A program made the translations under genes and the position numbers. From NCBI GenBank assembly GCA_934140285.1, contig CAKPBI010000003.1, positions 4,130 to 68,129 of the forward strand: a stretch of DNA of 64,000 nt, in the 5' to 3' direction. The DNA is from an uncultured Bacilli bacterium. GTDB lineage: Bacteria > Bacillota_I > Bacilli_A > ML615J-28 > CAG-313. A model generated the notes under the pieces. The model was given only the letters and a program-made list of their open reading frames with translations. It did no database searches and was not told the DNA's origin. This document shows, piece after piece, positions 18,805 to 28,522 of this stretch. How positions within the stretch are numbered: the stretch's first letter is position 1; each line of letters opens with the position of its first letter.

Positions 18805-21267
18805 ATGAAAAGAAAGTCAACAATCCTTTATATTCTTCTAATATTAGGTATTGGAGTATCTTTATACTTTATGTATACTTTATCAGAAGATATGAAATCA
18901 TTTAATTATTATATTTTAATCCCAACAATTTGTTTAATTATTTTTCTAAGTTTAATCTTTACACTTGTACTTGGAGAAAAAAACTCAAAGACAGTATCCA
19001 CCCTTAAAAATAGACTAAAGATGTGGAATACCATCACATACAAGGTAAAAAAAGCTGGAGAATCTGCATTTAATGAATTACCTATTGGTATAATAGTAAT
19101 TGATAACAATTACAAAATAATGTGGTCAAATGACCAAGCAAAACATATCTTCATGAGTCAACTAGATAGTATTAATCTAAATGAAATTAAACTTCCTTTA
19201 TTTAGTCAACTATCAGTACAAACTCCTGATGAACTAGGCAAAATTACATTTGAAACTGATATTTATGGTGTAATTTATCAAGTTGAATATTTAACTACAC
19301 ATAATATTTTGTATTTTACAAATATTAATGAATTTGTTAATCTTGAAGCTAAATATAAACGTCGTACTCTTGCGATTGGTTATATTAACATTGACAACCT
19401 CGAAGAAGCATTATCTGATTTCGATGTTCAAGAAAGAGCTGAATACCAAGGTAAAATAATTGGTACTATTGCTAAATGGGCTGAAAAATTTGGTACTTTC
19501 GTTCGTGCCTTCAGTGATTCAAAATACATGATTGTAATGGACCATGGTCAATTACTTGATATGATGAATAATAACTTTTCAATACTAGATGAAGTTAAAG
19601 ATGTATTACGTGCATCACGAGTTGTTCGTATAACATTAAGTATTGGTATATCTTGTCATGATATTAACGTTATTGATTTATCAACTGATGCCCAAGAACA
19701 ACTTGAACTTGCTTTAAACCGTGGTGGTGACCAAGCCGTAGTAAAGATTGATGATCAAATCACCTTCTTTGGTGCGAAGACAGACCCAATCCAAAAAGAA
19801 TCAAAAGTTGAAATTAGAAATAAGAGTCAAGAATTACAAGACATTATTCGTTGTTCAAGCAATGTATTTGTAATGGGACATAGAAACATTGATGCGGATG
19901 GATTTGCGGCATGCCTTGCGATATATAGACTTGCAAGAGCGATGAACAAAAAAGCTTATATCATTCTTGATCCTAATAGTATCGATGCAACTGTTGCTAA
20001 AATCTTTGATACAATTCGTCAAGAATATGTAGGATTACAACAAGATATAATTTCTCCAACCAAAGTTTCAAGTTACATTGATGATAATAGTTTCTTAATG
20101 GTTGTTGATTGTCAAACTGACCAACAAGTAATGGATAGTAAAGTTGTTAAAAGATTTGACAAGATTGGAATTATTGACCACCATCGTAAAGGTGTGGGAG
20201 CTATTCAAAATCCTGTTTTCTACTATTCACAAACAGCCGCTTCATCAAGTGTTGAATTAATATTTGAATTACTTGAATTCTTTGAAGGACACCTTGAATT
20301 TACAGATTTAGAAGCAACATGGATGTTACTTGGTATTGTTGTTGATACTAATAACTTTATCTATCGTGCATCAGCTATAACATTTGAAGTAGCTGCTGAA
20401 ATCAAAAGATATGGTGCTGACATGAATGTTGTTAAGAAATACTTAAAAGAAGAACATTCAGAAAAAGTTATTCGTAGTGAATTCTTAAAGAATATGGAAA
20501 TGTACCATGGCATTGTTGCGATAGCTACAGCTCCTGATAATATGCCAATATTAGATCGTGCAACTCTTGCAAAGGTATCAGATGAATTAATCTCAATTGC
20601 GGGGGTTGAACTAGGAATTACATTAGGCTATATTGGTGAAAATCAAGTAGGCCTTTCAGCAAGAAGCCTTGGCTCAATTAACTCACAAATAATCATGGAA
20701 AAAATGGGTGGTGGTGGTCACTTAAATAATGCGGCTGCCCAAATCACTAATCAAAGTATTCCAGAAATTGTTAAAAAACTTAAAGAAGTCATAGATAATT
20801 ATATGACGGAGGAGGAAAACGTGAAAGTAATATTAATCAAAGATGTTAAAGGTAAAGGAAAGAAAAATGATATTCTTGATTTAAATTCAGGATATGCAAA
20901 CTTCCTAATTCGTGGTGGATCCGCAATTATCGCATCCCCTGAAAACATTAAAGCCGTTGAACAATTACAAGAAGAAGAAAAATACAAAGCTGAATTATTA
21001 CTTCAAGAGATGAAAGAATTAAAGAAAGTTCTTGAATCTGCTCCGGTTAAGATTGAAGTAAAAGTAGGTACAGATAGTAAAATCTATGGTTCAGTTAATA
21101 CAAAACAAATCGCTGATGCTGTTGAAGCAACAATGAATGTAAAAATTGACAAGAGAAAAATCGTACTTCCTTCATCTCTTTCATCACTTGGAGAGTATGA
21201 AGTAAAAGTTCAATTACATCGTGATGTAACCGCAACATTAAAAGTATTCATCGTTGAAAAAAAATAG
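18805..21267 (+). CDS. gdpP: GdpP-type DHH/DHHA1 phosphodiesterase; the ORF has no stop before rplI and continues through it in frame
   Basis: Two N-terminal TM helices, PAS-like and degenerate GGDEF region, DHH motifs (GHRNIDADG, IIDHHRK), DHHA1 GGGH; the GdpP part is about 672 codons and the frame then continues into the L9 sequence. Confidence 0.85.
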   Translation: MKRKSTILYILLILGIGVSLYFMYTLSEDMKSFNYYILIPTICLIIFLSLIFTLVLGEKNSKTVSTLKNRLKMWNTITYKVKKAGESAFNELPIGIIVIDNNYKIMWSNDQAKHIFMSQLDSINLNEIKLPLFSQLSVQTPDELGKITFETDIYGVIYQVEYLTTHNILYFTNINEFVNLEAKYKRRTLAIGYINIDNLEEALSDFDVQERAEYQGKIIGTIAKWAEKFGTFVRAFSDSKYMIVMDHGQLLDMMNNNFSILDEVKDVLRASRVVRITLSIGISCHDINVIDLSTDAQEQLELALNRGGDQAVVKIDDQITFFGAKTDPIQKESKVEIRNKSQELQDIIRCSSNVFVMGHRNIDADGFAACLAIYRLARAMNKKAYIILDPNSIDATVAKIFDTIRQEYVGLQQDIISPTKVSSYIDDNSFLMVVDCQTDQQVMDSKVVKRFDKIGIIDHHRKGVGAIQNPVFYYSQTAASSSVELIFELLEFFEGHLEFTDLEATWMLLGIVVDTNNFIYRASAITFEVAAEIKRYGADMNVVKKYLKEEHSEKVIRSEFLKNMEMYHGIVAIATAPDNMPILDRATLAKVSDELISIAGVELGITLGYIGENQVGLSARSLGSINSQIIMEKMGGGGHLNNAAAQITNQSIPEIVKKLKEVIDNYMTEEENVKVILIKDVKGKGKKNDILDLNSGYANFLIRGGSAIIASPENIKAVEQLQEEEKYKAELLLQEMKELKKVLESAPVKIEVKVGTDSKIYGSVNTKQIADAVEATMNVKIDKRKIVLPSSLSSLGEYEVKVQLHRDVTATLKVFIVEKK
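20821..21267 (+). CDS. rplI: 50S ribosomal protein L9 (internal GTG start in the gdpP frame)
   Basis: VKVILIKDVKGKGKKNDILDL.. is a canonical L9 N-terminus; 148 aa; GGAGGAGG SD at 20808-20815, 5 nt before the GTG at 20821. Confidence 0.85.
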   Translation: MKVILIKDVKGKGKKNDILDLNSGYANFLIRGGSAIIASPENIKAVEQLQEEEKYKAELLLQEMKELKKVLESAPVKIEVKVGTDSKIYGSVNTKQIADAVEATMNVKIDKRKIVLPSSLSSLGEYEVKVQLHRDVTATLKVFIVEKK

Positions 21268-21276
21268 GAGTAAAAT

Positions 21277-22698
21277 ATGGAGAATAGACGAACTGTTCCC
21301 TATAATGTAGATGCTGAAATCTATGTCTTAGGTAGTGCTTTTATTGACAACCGCCTATTAAGTGGTTATATTGGAAAATTAACAGAAAATGATTTTTATG
21401 ATGAACGAAATCAAGTAATCTATCGTGCAATGATTAATTTATTCAATCAAGGTAAAAAGGTTGAAATAATTACAGTTGTTGAAGAATTAAAACGATTAGG
21501 CGTCAATGTTGATGAAGCATATCGTGTTTATCTACTAGATTTAATTGATGCTGTTCCATCAACTTCAACAACAAACTTATATATGCAAATAGTTGAAGAA
21601 AAATCACTTGAAAGAAAACTTTTAAAAGATATGCAAGAAATATCAGATGATATCTTATCAAGTAGATTAGACTTTAATGGTATTTTAGATAAGACTGAAG
21701 ATTCGATTATTAACGTAATCAAAAAACGACGTACATCGTTAATAATGGGAATTGATAAAGCCAGTGATATTGTATATCAACAAATTCAAAAATTCACTGA
21801 AAATAATAGTGATTTAACTGGCCTTGATACAGGATATCCTAATCTTAATAAAACAACACTAGGATTCCAAAAGGGTGACTTAATGATTCTTGCAGCAAGA
21901 CCATCTGTTGGTAAATCAACATATGCCATCAATCTTGCCATCCAAGTTAGTAAATTAAATAATGCCCATGTAGCTTTATTCTCTCTAGAAATGAGTATTG
22001 AACAATTACTTATGAGAATGTACAGCTATCAAGCAGAAATTGAACTTTCAAATATTAGAAGTGGTAAGTTATCAAGTGAAGATATGTTACTATTAGGCCT
22101 TGCGAAACAAGATTTATCAAAACTTCATATTTATTTTGATGAAGATAGTTCAAGTAACATTTCAGATATTAGAACTAAATGTCGTCAATTAAAGAATGAA
22201 GGAAAACTTGATTTTGTAATCATTGACTATCTTCAATTAATTACAGCTGTTAACTCAAGAGGGAATAGACAAGAAGAAGTATCTATGATTTCTCGTTCCT
22301 TAAAAACCCTTGCTCGTGAACTAGAAGTTCCAATTTTAGCTTTATCACAACTTTCAAGAAGCATTGAAGGTCGTGAAAACAAAATACCACAACTTGCGGA
22401 CTTACGTGAATCAGGAAGTATCGAACAAGATGCCGACTTAGTATTATTCTTATTTAGACGTGCTGATGTTGAAGATGAAAGTGAGTCATCAAGTGAAGAT
22501 AATCAACAACAAACCCCAAGAAAGAAGAATGAAGAAGTCATTCAAGAAATTGTTCTTTCGGTTGCTAAAAACCGTCAAGGTCCTCTTAACTACATTGATT
22601 ATCATTTCTACGGTTCATATTGTCGTTTTAATGAACAAAGAATTACGAAGAAGTTACTCGTAAAAAAAGCAAAGAAAAAGAAAAATTTTACTGAATAA
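21277..22698 (+). CDS. dnaB: Replicative DNA helicase DnaB
   Basis: 473 aa; PYNVDAEIYVLGSAF N-domain, Walker A ARPSVGKST, DYLQLI, SQLSR motifs. Confidence 0.95.
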   Translation: MENRRTVPYNVDAEIYVLGSAFIDNRLLSGYIGKLTENDFYDERNQVIYRAMINLFNQGKKVEIITVVEELKRLGVNVDEAYRVYLLDLIDAVPSTSTTNLYMQIVEEKSLERKLLKDMQEISDDILSSRLDFNGILDKTEDSIINVIKKRRTSLIMGIDKASDIVYQQIQKFTENNSDLTGLDTGYPNLNKTTLGFQKGDLMILAARPSVGKSTYAINLAIQVSKLNNAHVALFSLEMSIEQLLMRMYSYQAEIELSNIRSGKLSSEDMLLLGLAKQDLSKLHIYFDEDSSSNISDIRTKCRQLKNEGKLDFVIIDYLQLITAVNSRGNRQEEVSMISRSLKTLARELEVPILALSQLSRSIEGRENKIPQLADLRESGSIEQDADLVLFLFRRADVEDESESSSEDNQQQTPRKKNEEVIQEIVLSVAKNRQGPLNYIDYHFYGSYCRFNEQRITKKLLVKKAKKKKNFTE

Positions 22699-22715
22699 GA
22701 CTGGAGTGAATTAAT

Positions 22716-23789
22716 ATGACAAGCCGTTTAGAGGTTATATGTCAAAGATATGATCAAATATCAACAATGCTTACAGATATGACTATCATTAGTGACATAA
22801 AAAAACTAACTGAACTTTCAAAAGAACAACGTTCAATTGAAAAGATAGTTTTAAAATATCGTGAATTACAACAAGTAGAAAAAGACATTGCTGATTTAAA
22901 AGAAATGCAAAAAGATGAAGATGCTGAAATTAGAGAAATGGCTGAGGTTGAACTTCCTGAAGCTGAACAAAAGAAAGCAGCATTAGAAGAAGAACTAAAG
23001 ATTCTTCTTTTACCAAAAGATCCAAACGATGAGAAAAACGTAATTGTTGAAATAAGAGGAGCTGCTGGTGGTGATGAAGCAAATATCTTTGCAGGCGATT
23101 TATATCGTATGTACTTAAAATTTGCCGAATCAAAAGGTTGGAAAGTTGAAACAATTGACTCTGAACCTTGTGAAGCAGGTGGTTTCGCAAAAATCTCCTT
23201 CATGGTTACTGGTGATTCGGTATACTCTCAACTAAAATATGAATCAGGATCACATCGTGTTCAACGTGTACCAGTAACAGAATCAGCAGGAAGAATTCAT
23301 ACTTCTACTGCGACGGTACTTGTAATGCCTGAAGCTGATGAACTAGAAGTAAACTTAGATATGAATGATGTTAGAATTGATATCTTCTGCTCTAGTGGAC
23401 CTGGTGGACAAAGTGTTAACACTACCAAATCTGCAATTCGTGTAACGCATATTCCAACTGGTATTGTGGTATCATGTCAAGATGGAAAGAGCCAACATGA
23501 AAACAAAGCAAGTGCCCTAAAAGTATTACAAGCAAGACTATACGATAAAATGCTAGAAGAAAAAGAAGCTCAAGAAGGAGCTGAAAGACAAGCAAAAATT
23601 GGTAGAGGTAATCGTAGTGAAAAGATTAGAACTTACAACTATCCTCAAAACCGTGTAACTGATCATAGAATTGGCTTTACAATTCAACAATTAGATCGCG
23701 TTATGGAAGGTAAACTTGATAGCATTATCGAAGCATTAATAACTTATGAACAAAAGCGTCTTCTAAGTATGGAAGAAACAAACGAATAA
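22716..23789 (+). CDS. prfA: Peptide chain release factor 1
   Basis: 357 aa; PVT tripeptide (RVPVTES) and GGQ (GPGGQSVN). Confidence 0.95.
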   Translation: MTSRLEVICQRYDQISTMLTDMTIISDIKKLTELSKEQRSIEKIVLKYRELQQVEKDIADLKEMQKDEDAEIREMAEVELPEAEQKKAALEEELKILLLPKDPNDEKNVIVEIRGAAGGDEANIFAGDLYRMYLKFAESKGWKVETIDSEPCEAGGFAKISFMVTGDSVYSQLKYESGSHRVQRVPVTESAGRIHTSTATVLVMPEADELEVNLDMNDVRIDIFCSSGPGGQSVNTTKSAIRVTHIPTGIVVSCQDGKSQHENKASALKVLQARLYDKMLEEKEAQEGAERQAKIGRGNRSEKIRTYNYPQNRVTDHRIGFTIQQLDRVMEGKLDSIIEALITYEQKRLLSMEETNE

Positions 23790-23795
23790 AATAAA

Positions 23796-23825
23796 GAGAA
23801 TAGTTCATTGAACTATTCTTTTTTG
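23796..23825 (+). terminator. Rho-independent terminator after prfA
   Basis: GAATAGTTC-ATT-GAACTATTC hairpin followed by TTTTTT. Confidence 0.8.
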
Positions 23826-23866
23826 CATATTATTATCTTAAAGTACTATAATATATTGGTGATAAT

Positions 23867-24985
23867 ATGTCTTTATTTGTTGATGTTAATAGAATTAAAA
23901 AAAATATAAAATTAATAAAAGAAACTACAAAAAAAGAAATAATGGCGGTTTTAAAGGATAATGCCTATGGAATATCTTCCAACAAGATGATTGAAATACT
24001 TTATAAATGTAATGTAAAATGGATAGTTTATAATACCTATAAAGAATACCTAAAAGATAAAACCTTAATTATTAAACGTCATCTAAATGTTTTAATTCTT
24101 GAAAGTATAACCAAAAAGATGATAGATGATAACTACAAAAATTTATATCTATCGATTAATTCAAAAGATGATTTTTTAAATAATGAAACCTATATAACTA
24201 AACCCCTAAACATTCATCTACAAATTGATACAGGAATGAATAGAATGGGAATAAGAAGTATAGATGAAGCAAAAGAAATAATTAATCTAATAACCAAAAA
24301 TAAAAACATAAATCTAGATGGTATTTATACACATTTTAGTAGTAGTGATAATGAATATGAATATTATTATAGACAACTACATAAATTTAAAAAATACTTA
24401 AAATTATATCCATTTAAAAATATTCATTCTGCCGCAACCTCATCATTAAATAAAAAGATAATTGGTAATATGGTAAGAATAGGTCTAGCCTTATATGGAT
24501 ATGGAAACAGAACCCTTAATCTATTGCCATCTATCTCATATGTTTCAAGAATCATTAATTCCTTTAAGGTTTTACCAAATGAGTCCATCGGATATGATCA
24601 AAAGTTTGTAACTAAAGAAGAAGGTTATATTTCTGTAGTTCCTATTGGATATTATGATATTTCAGGAGTATCTCATCTTATAATAAATAAGCAAAAAATC
24701 CCTATTGTTGGAAAAACATGTATGAACCATCTTTTCTTATTCTCTAAAAATGAAAATAAAAAAAGTTCTCAATTGCTAGTTTTATCAAAAAATGATATAA
24801 TAGGAAGAGTAAAATATAATTGGTATCAAATACTTATTTCATTAAAAAATACACCTAAAAATTTTATAGAAAGAGGTTCTTATGACATATCAACAATTTT
24901 TAAAAGAACAAAAAAAACGCATCAAAAATACCAACTTAGAAGAAGAAGCTATCAAAATCTTAGTATTAGAACTATCAGGGCTTGA
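23867..24985 (+). CDS. alr: Alanine racemase-like PLP enzyme
   Basis: AVLKDNAYG (PLP lysine motif), IDTGMNRMG, YTHFSSSD, GYYD motifs; very AT-rich; the 3' end overlaps prmC by 104 nt out of frame. Confidence 0.7.
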   Translation: MSLFVDVNRIKKNIKLIKETTKKEIMAVLKDNAYGISSNKMIEILYKCNVKWIVYNTYKEYLKDKTLIIKRHLNVLILESITKKMIDDNYKNLYLSINSKDDFLNNETYITKPLNIHLQIDTGMNRMGIRSIDEAKEIINLITKNKNINLDGIYTHFSSSDNEYEYYYRQLHKFKKYLKLYPFKNIHSAATSSLNKKIIGNMVRIGLALYGYGNRTLNLLPSISYVSRIINSFKVLPNESIGYDQKFVTKEEGYISVVPIGYYDISGVSHLIINKQKIPIVGKTCMNHLFLFSKNENKKSSQLLVLSKNDIIGRVKYNWYQILISLKNTPKNFIERGSYDISTIFKRTKKTHQKYQLRRRSYQNLSIRTIRA

Positions 24986-25730
24986 TGGAGCAAATTTTCT
25001 TCTTGCTTTAAATGAAGAAATACCAGAAGAAACATATCAACAATTAGTTAAGGCTGTAGATGAGTATATTGTTCATGGCATTCCTATTCAACATATCCTT
25101 GGATACAGTTATTTCTTTGGATATAAAATGAAAGTAAGTGATGCTGTCTTGATTCCTCGTCCTGAGACTGAAGAATTAGTTGGATACGTACTTTCCACAT
25201 ATGATGATGTGTTTAATGGTAAGAAGGTAAAGGTAGTCGATGTAGGTACTGGCTCTGGTGCTATCGCAATAGCCCTCTCTAAAGAAGAACCTAACATGAC
25301 ATTATCTGCTACCGACATCAGTAATGAAGCATTAGATGTTGCTAAGTTAAATGCTAAACAAAATGATACAGAAGTTACTTTTTATCAAGGGGATATGTTA
25401 CAACCTTTAATAGAAAGAAATCTAAAATTTGATATTTTAGTATCTAATCCTCCATATATCCCAGATCATGAATATGTAGAAGATATTGTTATAAACAATG
25501 AGCCTCATGTTGCTTTATTTGGTGGAGAAGATGGAATGAATTTCTATGATATAATTTTAAGAGATGCTCAAAAAATCTTAAATACTCCGAGTTTTATTGC
25601 CTTTGAACATAGTTATAATAAGAAAAAAGAAATGCATGAATTAATAAAAAAATACTTTCCAAATTCAAAATACGAAACAATCAAAGATTTAAGTGGTAAA
25701 GATCGTATCACCATCATTATTAATGAGTAA
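24882..25730 (+). CDS. prmC: Release-factor glutamine N5-methyltransferase PrmC/HemK
   Basis: 282 aa; VDVGTGSGAIAI SAM motif and NPPYI catalytic motif; AAGAGG SD. Confidence 0.9.
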   Translation: MTYQQFLKEQKKRIKNTNLEEEAIKILVLELSGLDGANFLLALNEEIPEETYQQLVKAVDEYIVHGIPIQHILGYSYFFGYKMKVSDAVLIPRPETEELVGYVLSTYDDVFNGKKVKVVDVGTGSGAIAIALSKEEPNMTLSATDISNEALDVAKLNAKQNDTEVTFYQGDMLQPLIERNLKFDILVSNPPYIPDHEYVEDIVINNEPHVALFGGEDGMNFYDIILRDAQKILNTPSFIAFEHSYNKKKEMHELIKKYFPNSKYETIKDLSGKDRITIIINE

Positions 25731-25733
25731 TCT

Positions 25734-26357
25734 ATGAAACTATTATGTTTTATTTTATCATTATTTAGTTTATTAAGTACCAAAGTATATATAACCCAAA
25801 AAGAAAAATTCTTAAATACGATAAATAGTGCATATGCAGAATATGAAGTATTTGAAAAAGAATTATCTGTTGGTACTTTAATTATCTCTAAAGGTAAAGT
25901 TGAAGAAACGGAAACTTTATCCTTGTATTTTGAAACAAACGAAAGTAAAAAATATAATCTTGTTGTAAAAGAAGACCGAAAAACTTTTACAATGTCAAAA
26001 GATGATTACCAAATCTTCTATAACATTAAGCTCAAAGAATCATCAACATATAAGATAGTAATTTCTCAATCGGGACTAACATACTATGAAATATCATTAA
26101 GTGATATTACTTTCACTAGTAAAGTTGGGGAGGGAAATAATGATTTTCCTTATACTACAAAATTAAAAAATAAACTTCCAACTCTTGTTTATATCTTTAT
26201 TGGTGGTTTAATATTTATTCTATTAGAAGCTGTAGTAATTATCTTAATTATTATGAAAAAGAAATCAAAACAAAAAACAATAGTAGAGACATCAAATAAC
26301 ATAACATACAATAGTATGGGCTATGAAGTAGTAGGTGATGAACATGAAACTAAATGA
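25734..26357 (+). CDS. Hypothetical membrane-anchored extracytoplasmic protein
   Basis: Signal peptide-like N-terminus, one C-proximal TM helix (LVYIFIGGLIFILLEAVVIILIIM) then KKKSK. Confidence 0.5.
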   Translation: MKLLCFILSLFSLLSTKVYITQKEKFLNTINSAYAEYEVFEKELSVGTLIISKGKVEETETLSLYFETNESKKYNLVVKEDRKTFTMSKDDYQIFYNIKLKESSTYKIVISQSGLTYYEISLSDITFTSKVGEGNNDFPYTTKLKNKLPTLVYIFIGGLIFILLEAVVIILIIMKKKSKQKTIVETSNNITYNSMGYEVVGDEHETK

Positions 26358-26919
26358 TTTTTTAAAAATCCCCAAAGAAGAATTAGTCGGAAAAATAATT
26401 TGTTTTCCTACGGATACAGTCTATGGGGTTGCAGCAATGTTTAATGACAAAGAAGCTGCTGAAAAAATCTATCAATTAAAAGAAAGAGATATTCATAAAG
26501 CTCTACCAGTTCTCGCGGGGAACCTTGATGATGTTTTAAAATATGTCGAAATCCCTAACCCCCAAGTAACTGAAATTATGAAAGAATATTGGCCGGGAGC
26601 TTTAACTATCATTTTTAACAAGAAAAATGATGTAAAATATTTAGTTAATGAAGAATTTAAAACCATCGGTTTTAGAATACCTAATTCTTTAGTCGCAAGA
26701 ACAATTCTAAATAAGTATGGCCCTTTTCTTACCACAAGTGTAAATTTAAGTGGTTCACTTCCTTTAAATAGTTATGAAGAAATAACAAAACATTTTGGGG
26801 ATAGAATAGACTATATTATTGAAGATGTTGAAACAACATCAAATGTTTCATCCACCGTCGTTGACGCAACATCTCATCCTTTTAAAATACTAAGACAAGG
26901 CGATATTATTATTAAATAA
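26335..26919 (+). CDS. tsaC: L-threonylcarbamoyladenylate synthase (YrdC/Sua5 domain only)
   Basis: FPTDTVYGVAA hallmark, GPFLTTSVNLSG, SSTVVD motifs; 194 aa. Confidence 0.85.
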   Translation: MMNMKLNDFLKIPKEELVGKIICFPTDTVYGVAAMFNDKEAAEKIYQLKERDIHKALPVLAGNLDDVLKYVEIPNPQVTEIMKEYWPGALTIIFNKKNDVKYLVNEEFKTIGFRIPNSLVARTILNKYGPFLTTSVNLSGSLPLNSYEEITKHFGDRIDYIIEDVETTSNVSSTVVDATSHPFKILRQGDIIIK

Positions 26920-26927
26920 TTAAAATT

Positions 26928-26960
26928 AAGATTGAGTAATAGTTTTACTCAATCTTTTTT
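26928..26960 (+). terminator. Rho-independent terminator after tsaC
   Basis: 12-bp perfect stem AAGATTGAGTAA/TTACTCAATCTT followed by TTTT. Confidence 0.85.
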
Positions 26961-27008
26961 ACTATGTATATAATCAATTTTATCGGATATACTATAAATG
27001 GTGATAAA

Positions 27009-27482
27009 ATGGAAAAAATTAGAAATAAATTATATATTCTTGCTTTATTAATCTTTACATTATTTTTGTTAAATGGATGTACAACCAAAAATGATAGTTT
27101 AAGGCTTAGAATAATAGCTTCATCCAACTCGGAGATTGATCAACAAAACAAAATAGAAGTAAAAGAAGCAATAAAAAAAATATATGAGGAAAATCCCCAT
27201 ATAAAATATTTTCAGATTCTTGATGAGTTAAAAAAGAAAATTAAGAAACCATATATTAATACCATAAAGGTAGAATATAAAAATGAAACATATCCTGCTA
27301 AATCATATAATGATGAATTTATCCCCTCAGGTACTTATCCATCAATTGTTATAACAATAGGTGAAGGAAAGGGAAAAAACTTTTGGACTTTACTTTATCC
27401 AGATTTCTTTAAGATTTCATTTGATGATAACAATGAAATAGAGTATCGCAGTTATATCTATGATAAAATAAAGAAAAAGTAA
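27009..27482 (+). CDS. spoIIR: Stage II sporulation protein R-like
   Basis: Signal/lipobox-like N-terminus (LLNGC) then LRLRIIASSNSEIDQQNKIEVKEAI, matching the SpoIIR LRLHV.ANSD...DQ..K..VRD pattern; same neighbourhood as in B. subtilis (prmC..spoIIR..ywlC..rpiB). Confidence 0.7.
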   Translation: MEKIRNKLYILALLIFTLFLLNGCTTKNDSLRLRIIASSNSEIDQQNKIEVKEAIKKIYEENPHIKYFQILDELKKKIKKPYINTIKVEYKNETYPAKSYNDEFIPSGTYPSIVITIGEGKGKNFWTLLYPDFFKISFDDNNEIEYRSYIYDKIKKK

Positions 27483-27548
27483 TATTCTTTTAAAAAGATT
27501 AATAATGGGGTATAATAGTATTATAATATGATAAAGGAAGGTAATACT

Positions 27549-27989
27549 ATGAAATTAGCAATTGGATCAGACCATGCAGGATTTGAACTAAAAGAACAAG
27601 CCAAGGAATATTTAAAATCAAAAGGATATGAAGTAATTGATTATGGAACTAACTCTAAAGAATCAGTAGATTACCCTGATTATGCTAAACCTGTAAGTTA
27701 CGCTGTAAAAAACAATGAAGTTGAATATGGAATTCTCATATGTTATACCGGAATTGGAATGTCAATGTCCAGCAATAAAGTAAAAGGCATTCGTGCTGCA
27801 CTTGTAACAAATGTCGAGAATGCACGTTTAACTAGAGAACATAATAATGCTAATGTCCTATGTATAGGTGCAAAAGATGTTTCATTTGAATTATTAAAGG
27901 AAATCCTAGATACTTTTCTTAATACTAAATTTTTAGGTGATCGTCATTTAAGAAGAGTGAATAAGGTAATGGCTCTTGAAAATGAATAA
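27549..27989 (+). CDS. rpiB: Ribose-5-phosphate isomerase B
   Basis: MKLAIGSDHAGFELK.., CYTGIGMSMSSNK, RLTREHNNANVLC pattern of RpiB/LacAB. Confidence 0.92.
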   Translation: MKLAIGSDHAGFELKEQAKEYLKSKGYEVIDYGTNSKESVDYPDYAKPVSYAVKNNEVEYGILICYTGIGMSMSSNKVKGIRAALVTNVENARLTREHNNANVLCIGAKDVSFELLKEILDTFLNTKFLGDRHLRRVNKVMALENE

Positions 27990-28251
27990 AGAAAAGAAAA
28001 AGATGAACCCCGTTATTAAGGATATTGTTCTAACCAACCTTATTCAACTTGGAACAATCATTTTATTTGGGGTATTAACAGGATATTTACTATGGCGTAA
28101 TGCGGAAAAAGAAAAAGATCCTCAAGGAAATATCTACTTCATTTTTAGCATAGTTTTATTCGCAGTAATTGGTATTACGATATTTACAGTTAAAACTGTA
28201 AAGAAAATTAAAACCTATAAGAAAGGAAAGGAGAACAAATCAAATGAATAA
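27976..28251 (+). CDS. Small two-helix membrane protein
   Basis: 91 aa with two hydrophobic helices and lysine-rich ends; overlaps its neighbours. Confidence 0.45.
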   Translation: MKMNKEKKKMNPVIKDIVLTNLIQLGTIILFGVLTGYLLWRNAEKEKDPQGNIYFIFSIVLFAVIGITIFTVKTVKKIKTYKKGKENKSNE

Positions 28252-28459
28252 TTATAATAATATTTTATATGTTATTATTTTCTTTCTAATGATGGTTGTG
28301 TCTTTTCTATTATTACTTGCTAGCAACTTTGAAAAACTATTTAAACAAGGTAAAATAACGGAAATAAGAATAGCCTATGTTATTGCTTCAATAATTATTA
28401 GTTACTTAGTAACTAGTGCCTTCATAACCTTAGTTGAGAGAATTCATAATATATTTTAA
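28244..28459 (+). CDS. Small membrane protein (DUF1146/YwzB-like?)
   Basis: 71 aa; ..NFEKLFKQGKITEIRIAYVIASIIISYLV.. resembles my recollection of YwzB (NFEKLIKK....ARLLYIL). Confidence 0.45.
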   Translation: MNNYNNILYVIIFFLMMVVSFLLLLASNFEKLFKQGKITEIRIAYVIASIIISYLVTSAFITLVERIHNIF

Positions 28460-28522
28460 ATTTATATAGAAATTTTTGTATAACACTTAATATTTGGTTA
28501 ATACTAAATATGAGGTGAAATT

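Noticed and set aside
22754-23203. 149-aa and 86-aa minus-strand ORFs
   Set aside because: They lie entirely inside the well-supported prfA gene and have a low-complexity serine-rich translation. This is an antisense artefact.
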